A stretch of 17,380 nucleotides of DNA from Candidatus Eiseniibacteriota bacterium. GTDB lineage: Bacteria; Eisenbacteria; RBG-16-71-46; DASYSL01. Made by a program: the position numbers and the translations under genes. The notes below the pieces were generated by a model. It saw only the letters and a list, made by a program, of their open reading frames with translations, searched no databases and was not told the origin of the DNA. The stretch's first letter is position 1; each line of letters starts with the position of its first letter. The DNA is taken from NCBI GenBank assembly GCA_046598045.1, contig JBKJJJ010000121.1, positions 1-17,380 on the forward strand, written 5' to 3'. Shown in pieces: positions 7,047-14,811 of this stretch.

Positions 7047-8375
7047 ATGCGTAATCTCTTCACGAAGTCCGCCCTCGTGGCGGCGCTCGTGACGCTCGTG
7101 CCGGCGGCTGCTTCCGCCTCTGACGCGCGAGTTCAGTCGCTGGGTCTGCAGGGCGACTACATCCAGGACTACACCAACGTCTATGCCTATCCGTCGTCGA
7201 TCGTTCGCTACCAGAACCTCGTCTACGGGAACCTCGGCAACAAGGACGTCGCTGGTGGCGACCTGCCTGACTTCCAGGACAACGCCGGCTCGAATCCGCT
7301 CGATCAGAGTGGCCGCGCGATGGGCGCGTACCTCAACACCTGGAAGTGGCTTCCGGGGACGTGGGGCATCCAGATCAACGAGAACCGCAACGCCATTTCG
7401 CAGGCGTACGGTCCGTCGTGGTTCGATCGCAATCGCAACGAGGGCATCACGCTGCTGTGGGGCGGCAAGCTCGGCGGCGGCAGCATCGGGTTCGCGATCG
7501 ACAAGGCCAGCTCGTCGGTTACTGACGGCAACGACACGGTTTCGCCGTACACGTGGTCGCCGGCTACGCTTGCGATCTCGGGCAGCAATGCCCGCCAGGT
7601 CATGAACGCGATCAATGCTTCGCTCGGCTCCGAGGATCGCAACTCCTGGGGCGCGGCGGGTGGCGTGTCGTTCAACTGGGATGCGTTCGGTCGGGAGCAG
7701 ACGGGCGACATCGCCGTGCACTACCGCAACAACACCCTGAAGGTCGAGGACGCCGCGGCCAAGCAGTTGCTCGAGGACAACGGCAATACGGACTTCTCGA
7801 TCAACGCGCGCGTGCAGATGGCGGTGAGCGACAACTCGTACATCACGCCGGTGTTCAACTACTACACGATGGATCGCGGCTCCAAGTTCACCGATGGCGT
7901 GACCCCGGCGAACAACACGGAGTTCGACAACTCGGTGAAGGGCCTGCAGCTCGGTATCGCCGAGTCGTGGGTCATGCGCGAGAGCGACCTGCTCGTGCTC
8001 GGCGTTTCGCTCAACCACGAGAACGTCGACTACAAGGATCCCGGCGTGTTCGGGGATCCGTTCACGGTGACGTACAACACGACGCCGTCGGTGTTCGGCG
8101 CGCTCGAAGTGCACCCGGCCAGCTGGTTCCACGTCCGCATGGGCGCGGGCAAGCCGGTGTGGAGCAAGCTCGAGTTCGAGAACAAGACCACCGCCCAGAA
8201 GACGACCGTCAAGGACTCGCCGCTCCAGTATGCGCTCGGCGCGGGTTTCCGCCTGGGCAACCGCCTCGACCTCGATGCCACGCTCAACCAGGACTTCGCC
8301 TTCACGGGCGCCTGGTTCGCTTCGGGCAACAGCGAGGTGCCGTTCTCGAACCTCAGCATGACGTACCGCTTCTAG
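7047..8375 (+). CDS. Outer-membrane beta-barrel protein (porin-like; possibly divergent FadL/PorV superfamily), 442 aa
   Basis: ATG 7047 preceded by AGGAGG (7031-7036). Sec signal MRNLFTKSALVAALVTLVPAAASA. Alternating amphipathic strands (e.g. YALGAGFRLG, LDLDATLN). C-terminal beta-signal 'LSMTYRF'. Strong C/G third-position bias. Confidence 0.82.
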   Translation: MRNLFTKSALVAALVTLVPAAASASDARVQSLGLQGDYIQDYTNVYAYPSSIVRYQNLVYGNLGNKDVAGGDLPDFQDNAGSNPLDQSGRAMGAYLNTWKWLPGTWGIQINENRNAISQAYGPSWFDRNRNEGITLLWGGKLGGGSIGFAIDKASSSVTDGNDTVSPYTWSPATLAISGSNARQVMNAINASLGSEDRNSWGAAGGVSFNWDAFGREQTGDIAVHYRNNTLKVEDAAAKQLLEDNGNTDFSINARVQMAVSDNSYITPVFNYYTMDRGSKFTDGVTPANNTEFDNSVKGLQLGIAESWVMRESDLLVLGVSLNHENVDYKDPGVFGDPFTVTYNTTPSVFGALEVHPASWFHVRMGAGKPVWSKLEFENKTTAQKTTVKDSPLQYALGAGFRLGNRLDLDATLNQDFAFTGAWFASGNSEVPFSNLSMTYRF

Positions 8376-8402
8376 CTCGACCGGAAGCGCAGCAGTCCAG
8401 CG

Positions 8403-8435
8403 GGGGGGCGCCTTGATGGCGCCCCCCGTTTTTTT
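8403..8435 (+). terminator. Rho-independent terminator after the OMP gene
   Basis: 10-bp stem GGGGGGCGCC / GGCGCCCCCC, loop TTGAT, followed by GTTTTTTT. Confidence 0.9.
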
Positions 8436-8566
8436 GGACCGGACCGAATGCCCTGCCGGGGCGCGCGTCGGGGTGTGGCACCCCGGGGGGACCGGATCGG
8501 GCTCGGTGCCGGTTCGTACCGCGTTGCTAGGCAAAGGGATCGGGCGTCCCATTCGCGAGATATCAG

Positions 8567-8596
8567 TTGACAGTCTCTTGACTGCGAAATTACCTT
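8567..8596 (+). promoter_or_regulatory. Putative sigma70 promoter of the TonB receptor operon
   Basis: TTGACA (8567-8572), 18 bp spacer, TACCTT (8591-8596), in a locally AT-richer patch downstream of the terminator. Confidence 0.55.
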
Positions 8597-8613
8597 CGAT
8601 GCGTTGCACGTGT

Positions 8614-8695
8614 ACGGACTCGAGAGGCCTCCCTAGGCCTCAGCGCGGCACCCCAGGCTGCGCGAACCACGGATGGAGGTGGTACCACGAGCCGT
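8614..8695 (+). ncRNA. Candidate structured 5' leader (four-way junction), unassigned family
   Basis: Folded by hand: closing stem ACGG-a-CTCG/CGAG-CCGT enclosing three adjacent hairpins GAGGCCT/AGGCCTC, GCGCGGC/GCTGCGC and ACCAC/GTGGT. No known riboswitch consensus recognised. Confidence 0.3.
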
Positions 8696-8821
8696 TCGAC
8701 TTGCCTTTATGCGGCTTCCCCCAGCAAACGCTTCGGTCCTGCGTTCGCGTGTCGGATCGGCGCGCCGGCTGGCTTTTCCCGGTCAGCGCGCGGAATCCGC
8801 GGCGATAAGGAGATCTGATCC

Positions 8822-11650
8822 ATGAGCAAGTTCGACCAGCGGACTCGTGCCCTCGTGGCCCTGGGGATCGCGCTGGTGATGGCCGCCGCGGCGCTGCCTG
8901 CCCTGGCGGGCACCACGGGCAAGATCTCCGGGACCGTCCGCGAGAAGGGCAAGACCGGGCTCCCCGGTGTGACCGTGATCGTGGATGGCACGCACTTCGG
9001 TGCCATCGCCGATGACCAGGGTCACTACAGCATCCTCAACGTCCCGAGCGGCACCTACACCGTGCGCGGAAAGATCATCGGCTACGCCGACTACGTGGTG
9101 ACCAACGTCTCGGTCGCGCCGGATTTCACGACCGAGGTCAACCTCGAGATGTCGACGGATGCGATCCAGCAGGCGCCGGTGATCGTGGAGTCGACCCGGC
9201 CGCTGATCCAGAAGGACGCCACCGGCACGGCGCGCTTCCTCTCCAAGGAAGACCTCAAGAACCTGCCGACGCGCGGCTACCGCGACGCGGCCTCGCTCCA
9301 GACGGGCGTGGTCAATTTCGCCCGCAGCTACGATCCCCGCGGCGTCGAGCGCGAGTCGCAGAACACCTCGTCGCTCATCGTGCGCGGCGGACGCGCCAAC
9401 GAGGTGGCCTACTTCGTCGACGGCTTCTCGCAGCAGGATCCGCTGACCGGCTACTCGACGACCAATATCGCCAGCAACTCGATCGACGAGGTCGTGGTGC
9501 TGACCGGCGGATTCAATGCCGAGTACGGCAAGGTCTCCTCGGGCGTCGTCAACGTGGTGACGCGCGAAGGCGGCGCGAAGTACTTCGGCAACTTCGAGGC
9601 GGTCACCGATGCCGGCGCCGGCTCGTGGGTCGGCTCCAAGCAGTATGACTGGAACCTCTACGACGCCTCGATCGGCGGGCCGGTCATCCCGGGTTCCGAC
9701 AAGATGACGTTCTATGCCTCGGGCGAACGCCGCTGGCAGGGCGACCGGTCGCCGAAATTCATCGGCAGCCCGCTCAACGAGGCCTTCCAGACCACGCTCG
9801 GGACCAAGGACGGCCGCCTCCCGAACAACAGCCTCGCGGGCTGGACCTGGCAGGGCAAGCTGGCGTTCCGGCCGGGTGACCGGATGAACCTGAAGCTCGG
9901 CACCCTCGGCTCGTCCGACGACTGGCGCGAGTTCTCGCAGGCATACCTGTTCAACGCGGCCCACATGCCGCGCTACCAGGACACCAATCGCTCCGCCTTC
10001 GGGACGATGAGCTACACGCTCTCCTCGAAGTCGTTCGTCTCGACGTCGGTCAATTACTTCATGACCGAGCGCAAGCGCGGCGACGGTGTCTTCTTCGACG
10101 ACGTCACCAAGTACAGCCAGCCCGACGGCAACCCGCAGTTCAACACCCAGCTCCCGTACTTCCTGCTGCCGGGGCACGTGTTCGATGACTTCCTGCGCCG
10201 CAAGTCGCAGTACTGGGGAGTCAAGGGCGACTGGACCAGCCAGGTCAACCGCCACAACCAGGTCAAGTTCGGCCTCGGCGGCGAGCGCCACACGCTGCGC
10301 TACTACGACTCGTACTTCCCGGTCAACGTCGACTACGACTCGCTCGGCAACCCCACGGGCGGGCTCGAGGATATCGACCGCTACGGCTTCGACGTGCTGG
10401 GGCGGAAGCAGGTCGACGGCGGTCTCGACGGCGCCAAGCATCCCAAGACCGCGTTCCTCTTCCTGCAGGACAAGTTCGAGCGCGAGGGCGTCATCGTCAA
10501 CGGCGGCATGCGGCTCGACTACATCAACGTCGACACGCCGGCTCTGCGCTCCGAGCAGTACCCGCTCGGGCCGCCGCCCGACGATTCGCTCGCGACCACG
10601 GACCTGTCGCCGAACCGCAAGTATTCGCGCCTTTCGCCGCGTCTCGGCGTGGCGTTCCCGGTGACGGACAAGACCTTGCTCCGGGTCAACTACGGCCAGT
10701 TCTACCAGCAGGTCAACCTGCAGGACCTCTACGTCTCCTACCGGTTCCTGCAGCACAAGATCCGCACCGGCGGGTACTTCGTCGGGTTCGGCAACCCGAA
10801 CCTGAAGCCCGAGCGCACGACCGCCTACGAGGTCGGCGTGGCGCAGCAGATCGGCGAGCGCATGCGGCTCGACGCGACCGCGTACTACAAGGACGTCAAG
10901 GACCTGGTCGAGATCGTGACCATCACCTCGAGCCCGAACGCGTTCGCCAGCTACCGGAACCGCGACTTCGCGACCATCAAGGGCGTCGACGTCGGCTGGA
11001 CCATGCGTCCGATCAACCACGTGGCCGCAAGCCTCAACTACAGCCTCTCGTACGCCCAGGGCACGGGCTCGGTGTCGAACTCGCAACGCAACATCGCGTG
11101 GACGGCGTCGAATCCGCCCAAGCAGTCCTCGCCGCTCGACTTCGACCAGCGCCACAAGATCGCCGCGAACCTGGACTGGCGCTTCGGTCCGGGAGAGGGT
11201 CCGACGGTCGGGGGAGGCCACATCTTCTCGAACGCGGGCATCAACTTGCTGCTGTCGTCGGGCAGCGGGACGCCGTACACGCCCGTCGAGGTCTATGACG
11301 AGGTCACGCTGGCGGCGGTCTCGACCGTGCCGATCGGCCCGACCAACTCGCGCTACGGGCCGTGGACGTCGACCATCGACCTCAAGGCCAACAAGGGATT
11401 CAAGATGGGCTCGCTCAACTTCGATGCCTACGTTTGGGTTCTGAACCTGCTCGACCGCAAGAACGCGGTCGCCGTATACGAATCCTCCGGCTCGGCCAAC
11501 ACGACGAACTGGCTCAACACGGAGGCCGGACAGGCTTTCCTCGCGCAACAGGGAGCGGTCGGCCAGACCACGTACGACCTGGCACAGACCAACCCCCAGC
11601 TGTTCGGCAATCCGCGTCTGGTCCGCTTCGGACTCAGGCTCGGCTTCTAA
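8822..11650 (+). CDS. TonB-dependent receptor with N-terminal carboxypeptidase-regulatory-like domain (Oar/SusC-like architecture)
   Basis: RBS AAGGAG and signal peptide ending 'PALA'. 'GTTGKISGTV...LPGVTVIVDGT..GA..D..G.YSILNVPSGTYTV....IGY' (CarboxypepD_reg-like). Plug 'VRGGRANEVAYFVDG...TGGFNAEYG..SSGVVNVVTREG'. Barrel motifs 'SPRLGVAFP', 'GNPNLKPERTTAYEVG', 'NLLDRKN', and C-terminal 'PRLVRFGLRLGF'. Confidence 0.95.
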   Translation: MSKFDQRTRALVALGIALVMAAAALPALAGTTGKISGTVREKGKTGLPGVTVIVDGTHFGAIADDQGHYSILNVPSGTYTVRGKIIGYADYVVTNVSVAPDFTTEVNLEMSTDAIQQAPVIVESTRPLIQKDATGTARFLSKEDLKNLPTRGYRDAASLQTGVVNFARSYDPRGVERESQNTSSLIVRGGRANEVAYFVDGFSQQDPLTGYSTTNIASNSIDEVVVLTGGFNAEYGKVSSGVVNVVTREGGAKYFGNFEAVTDAGAGSWVGSKQYDWNLYDASIGGPVIPGSDKMTFYASGERRWQGDRSPKFIGSPLNEAFQTTLGTKDGRLPNNSLAGWTWQGKLAFRPGDRMNLKLGTLGSSDDWREFSQAYLFNAAHMPRYQDTNRSAFGTMSYTLSSKSFVSTSVNYFMTERKRGDGVFFDDVTKYSQPDGNPQFNTQLPYFLLPGHVFDDFLRRKSQYWGVKGDWTSQVNRHNQVKFGLGGERHTLRYYDSYFPVNVDYDSLGNPTGGLEDIDRYGFDVLGRKQVDGGLDGAKHPKTAFLFLQDKFEREGVIVNGGMRLDYINVDTPALRSEQYPLGPPPDDSLATTDLSPNRKYSRLSPRLGVAFPVTDKTLLRVNYGQFYQQVNLQDLYVSYRFLQHKIRTGGYFVGFGNPNLKPERTTAYEVGVAQQIGERMRLDATAYYKDVKDLVEIVTITSSPNAFASYRNRDFATIKGVDVGWTMRPINHVAASLNYSLSYAQGTGSVSNSQRNIAWTASNPPKQSSPLDFDQRHKIAANLDWRFGPGEGPTVGGGHIFSNAGINLLLSSGSGTPYTPVEVYDEVTLAAVSTVPIGPTNSRYGPWTSTIDLKANKGFKMGSLNFDAYVWVLNLLDRKNAVAVYESSGSANTTNWLNTEAGQAFLAQQGAVGQTTYDLAQTNPQLFGNPRLVRFGLRLGF

Positions 11651-11688
11651 CGAACTCCTCGATGTCCGATCGAGGCAGGAGGCTTCGT

Positions 11689-14600
11689 ATGAATCGAACG
11701 TTCGTTTGGCCGGCCCTGGGAGCGATCCTGGGGCTGGTCGTGGCGGAACCGGCGTTCGCCCACTTGCCGCTGCGCACTCAAGGCACGCGGCCGGCCGTGG
11801 TGCAGGTCGTGGACACCGGAACCAAGATCGATGCCAATCAGCTTTCGATGTTCGTCACCAACGTCGGGTCGTTCGCGTTCGACCTGCAGGCCGGCAACTC
11901 GGGTCTCGAGTTCCCGAAGGGGACGGGCAAGACATGCGTGTTCGCGGCGGGACTCTGGTTGGGTGCCCAGGTCGCGGGCCAGACGCGCGTGACCGTGGCC
12001 GAATACTCCCAGGAGTTCGCGCCGGGGCCGATGGTCGGGGGGACGTTCGCCGCCGACCAGCCGAGCTACCGCGTGTACAAGGTCTCGCGCGAGGACACGA
12101 CCGGCTGGGGCGAGTGGGTGAATGTCGCGGGCCCGCTGGGCGCGCCGCTCGACACCATCTCGGGCCTCGTGGTGCCGCACATCATCGGCGACCAGACGCT
12201 GTGGGCGATCTTCAACGACGCCGACGCGTCGCGGCACTCGAACAACGCCGGCAACTCGATCCCCCCCCTGGGCGTCGAGGTGTCGCTCACGGCGTTTGCC
12301 TTCAACCGGCAGGGCGCGCTCGGCAACACCGCGTTCCTGAGCTACCGGCTCATCAACAAGGGCTCGAACACGCTCGACTCGACGTTCGTGTCGATCTGGT
12401 CGGACCCGGACAACGGCGGCGCGGGCGATGACCTGGTGGGCGTCGACACGTCGCTGTCCCTCGGCTACTGCTACAACGCGACCAACAACGACAACGTCTA
12501 CGGCAGCCGGCCGCCGGCGGTGGGCTACGACTTCTTCCTGGGGCCCAAGGTCGCGGGCGACACGCTGGCGCTGAGCTCGTTCAACAAGTACATCAACGGC
12601 ACCGATCCGAACTCGAAGGAGCAGTCGTACAACTACATGAAGGGCCTGGAAGCCGACGGCTCGCCGGTGATCGACCCGACTTCGGGGCTCCCCACCAAGT
12701 TCACGAATCCGGGCGACCCGGTGGCCGGTACAGGCTGGCTCGACGGCAACCCCGCCGACCGCCGCCTCATGTTGTCGTCGGGTCCGTTCACGATGGCGCC
12801 GGGCGACACGCAGTTCGTGGTCACCGCCGTCCTCGTCGGGCAGGGCCGCGACCGGCTGTCGTCGGTCAAGGCGCTCAAGTTCTATGACCAGTCCGCGCAG
12901 GACGCGTTCGACCGCGACTTCAACCTGCCGAATCCGCCGGACAAGCCGATCGTCCAGGCGGAGGGGCTCGATCGCAAGGTCGTCCTGACCTGGGACGCGG
13001 GCTCGCAGGTGGTCGACTCCTCGTCGAGCTACCGCTTCGAGGGCTACAACATCTACCAGGGCGCGACGGTCGCAGGACCGTGGACACGCATCGCGACCTA
13101 CGACATCGTCAACGGGATCGCCACGATCACCGACGCGCTCTTCGACCTGAACCTCGGCGACATCGTCATCGCGCCGGTGCAGTTCGGAGAGGATTCGGGC
13201 GTCCGGCACTCGATCGAGATCACGACCGACTTCATTCGCGGCGGCGGGCTGCACAACGGCACGGCGTACTACTACTCCGTGACCGCGTACAGCTACGATC
13301 CTGCCGCGGCGCCGGGCCAGAAGACGCTCGAGAACGCGCAGGGCACCGCGGGCCGCGATGTCAACGCGGTGGTGGTGATCCCGCAGGGCCCGACGGCCGG
13401 CACGAATCTCGCGACCGCGGCGGCCACGGTCACGCAGCTTCGCATCGACACCAACATCCCGGCCACGACCGATGTCGTCACGGCCGAGATCGTCGACCCG
13501 ACGAAGGTGACGGGCTGCGCCTACGAGGTCTATTTCACGGACGCGATGCCGCCGTTCCCTTCGTACAACGGGATCGAGGTGACCCGGTACTGGAACCTCA
13601 GGCGCATCTGCGCGGACGGGGCCGACGCGGGGTCCGCGCCGGACACGACCGTCATGTTGACGAACCAGCTCAACAAGACCGGCGACACGGACTACCAGAT
13701 CGTCGACGGCCTCCTGATCAAGGTGAGCGGCGCCTACAGTCCGCAGCTCCAGGACGTCTTCTACGTCAAGGTCGACACGGACAACCCGCGCGACCTCCAG
13801 CCGGTCGACTTCGGCCTCGCGTTCTATGGGGGCGCGGCGGACTATGCCGTGAACTTCTTCGACTCCACGATCAACCCGACCGCGAATCCCGACCAGTTCA
13901 CGACCGTCGAGGTGCGCTTCGACAGCACCGCCACGCAGAAGGCGTATCGCTACTTCCGCGACGGCGTCGACGACGGCACCGGGACGTTCACGACACCGAC
14001 GAGTGACGGCACCCGTGGCTACAAGTACGGCGGGTTCGTGGATTGCAGGTTCCAGGTCTGGGACACGGTCAACAATCGCCAGCTCGACGCGTGTTACGTC
14101 GAGAAGCGCCTGACCGACAACAACCACGTCCCGACCGGCGTGATCTACCCGACGATGGATGGCACGTGGAAGCCCTCGATCGCAGGGGACGGGGACCGCG
14201 AGTACCTGTTCCTGAGCAGCACCACGTACACGGCGACCGCGAAGCCCGCGTACCAGGTCGACGACGCGATCGCGGGCACGGGGGCGAACGCCGCCAGCCT
14301 GCCGCTGCTGTACGTCCTCACCGCCCACGCGCTCGACGATCCGAGCAACGCGGAAGGCTATCCGGACAACGGCGAGAAGATGGTCTACGTCTGGGCGAAC
14401 CCGGGCGGTCCCAACGACGTGTTCGTGATCAACACGACCGCGGCGGACAAGGACAACCCGGCGCTCGCGAAGGCGGCGCTCGACAAGATCCGCGTGGTGC
14501 CGAACCCGTACTACACGCGCTCGTCGTACGAAATCAACCAGTTCGCGCGGCAGATCCGCTTCATGAACCTGCCGGCGACGTGCACGATTCGCATCTTCAA

Positions 14601-14796
14601 CCTCGCGGGGGACCTTGTGCGCACGCTGCACAAGGACGATGCGTCCACGTCGATCGCGACCTGGGACGTCCTGACCGACAACCGGCTGCCGGTCGGGAGC
14701 GGCGTGTATATCTACCAGATCGAGGCGCCCGGCGTGGGACAGACCCACGGGCGCATGATCGTGTTCATGGAGAAGGAACGGCTCAACAACTTCTAA
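11689..14796 (+). CDS. Large secreted protein (1035 aa) with FN3-like domain and T9SS type A-like C-terminal sorting domain; function unknown
   Basis: Start moved from 11362 to ATG 11689 (AGGAGG at 11677-11682, signal peptide MNRTFVWPALGAILGLVVAEPAFA). FN3-like 'PPDKPIVQAEGLDRKVVLTWD...FEGYNIY...LHNGTAYYYSVTAY'. CTD from 14488: 'IRVVPNPYY...IRFMNLPATCTIRIFNLAGDLVRTL...WDVLTDNRLPVGSGVYIYQIEAPGVG'. Confidence 0.88.
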   Translation: MNRTFVWPALGAILGLVVAEPAFAHLPLRTQGTRPAVVQVVDTGTKIDANQLSMFVTNVGSFAFDLQAGNSGLEFPKGTGKTCVFAAGLWLGAQVAGQTRVTVAEYSQEFAPGPMVGGTFAADQPSYRVYKVSREDTTGWGEWVNVAGPLGAPLDTISGLVVPHIIGDQTLWAIFNDADASRHSNNAGNSIPPLGVEVSLTAFAFNRQGALGNTAFLSYRLINKGSNTLDSTFVSIWSDPDNGGAGDDLVGVDTSLSLGYCYNATNNDNVYGSRPPAVGYDFFLGPKVAGDTLALSSFNKYINGTDPNSKEQSYNYMKGLEADGSPVIDPTSGLPTKFTNPGDPVAGTGWLDGNPADRRLMLSSGPFTMAPGDTQFVVTAVLVGQGRDRLSSVKALKFYDQSAQDAFDRDFNLPNPPDKPIVQAEGLDRKVVLTWDAGSQVVDSSSSYRFEGYNIYQGATVAGPWTRIATYDIVNGIATITDALFDLNLGDIVIAPVQFGEDSGVRHSIEITTDFIRGGGLHNGTAYYYSVTAYSYDPAAAPGQKTLENAQGTAGRDVNAVVVIPQGPTAGTNLATAAATVTQLRIDTNIPATTDVVTAEIVDPTKVTGCAYEVYFTDAMPPFPSYNGIEVTRYWNLRRICADGADAGSAPDTTVMLTNQLNKTGDTDYQIVDGLLIKVSGAYSPQLQDVFYVKVDTDNPRDLQPVDFGLAFYGGAADYAVNFFDSTINPTANPDQFTTVEVRFDSTATQKAYRYFRDGVDDGTGTFTTPTSDGTRGYKYGGFVDCRFQVWDTVNNRQLDACYVEKRLTDNNHVPTGVIYPTMDGTWKPSIAGDGDREYLFLSSTTYTATAKPAYQVDDAIAGTGANAASLPLLYVLTAHALDDPSNAEGYPDNGEKMVYVWANPGGPNDVFVINTTAADKDNPALAKAALDKIRVVPNPYYTRSSYEINQFARQIRFMNLPATCTIRIFNLAGDLVRTLHKDDASTSIATWDVLTDNRLPVGSGVYIYQIEAPGVGQTHGRMIVFMEKERLNNF

Positions 14797-14811
14797 AGGG
14801 AGGGCACGTCG

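Noticed and set aside
8614..8695. Cloverleaf resemblance to a tRNA (contains ACCA)
   Set aside because: No T-loop GTTC or D-loop consensus in the right places, and the ACCA lies inside the junction rather than at the 3' end.
8413..8808. 131-aa plus-strand ORF in the OMP-TBDR intergenic region
   Set aside because: Starts inside a terminator loop, spans a putative promoter, and has no RBS or protein-like features.
8673..8825. 50-codon ORF (MEVVPRAVRLAF...RRSDP) in the TBDR leader whose TGA overlaps the receptor ATG (ATGA)
   Set aside because: No Shine-Dalgarno sequence, codon usage unlike the real genes, and the receptor has its own RBS. Probably chance, though ribosome profiling could revive it as a leader peptide.
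11362..11688. N-terminal extension of the 1144-aa ORF call
   Set aside because: Overlaps the TBDR 3' end; the ATG at 11689 has a strong RBS and begins a signal peptide.
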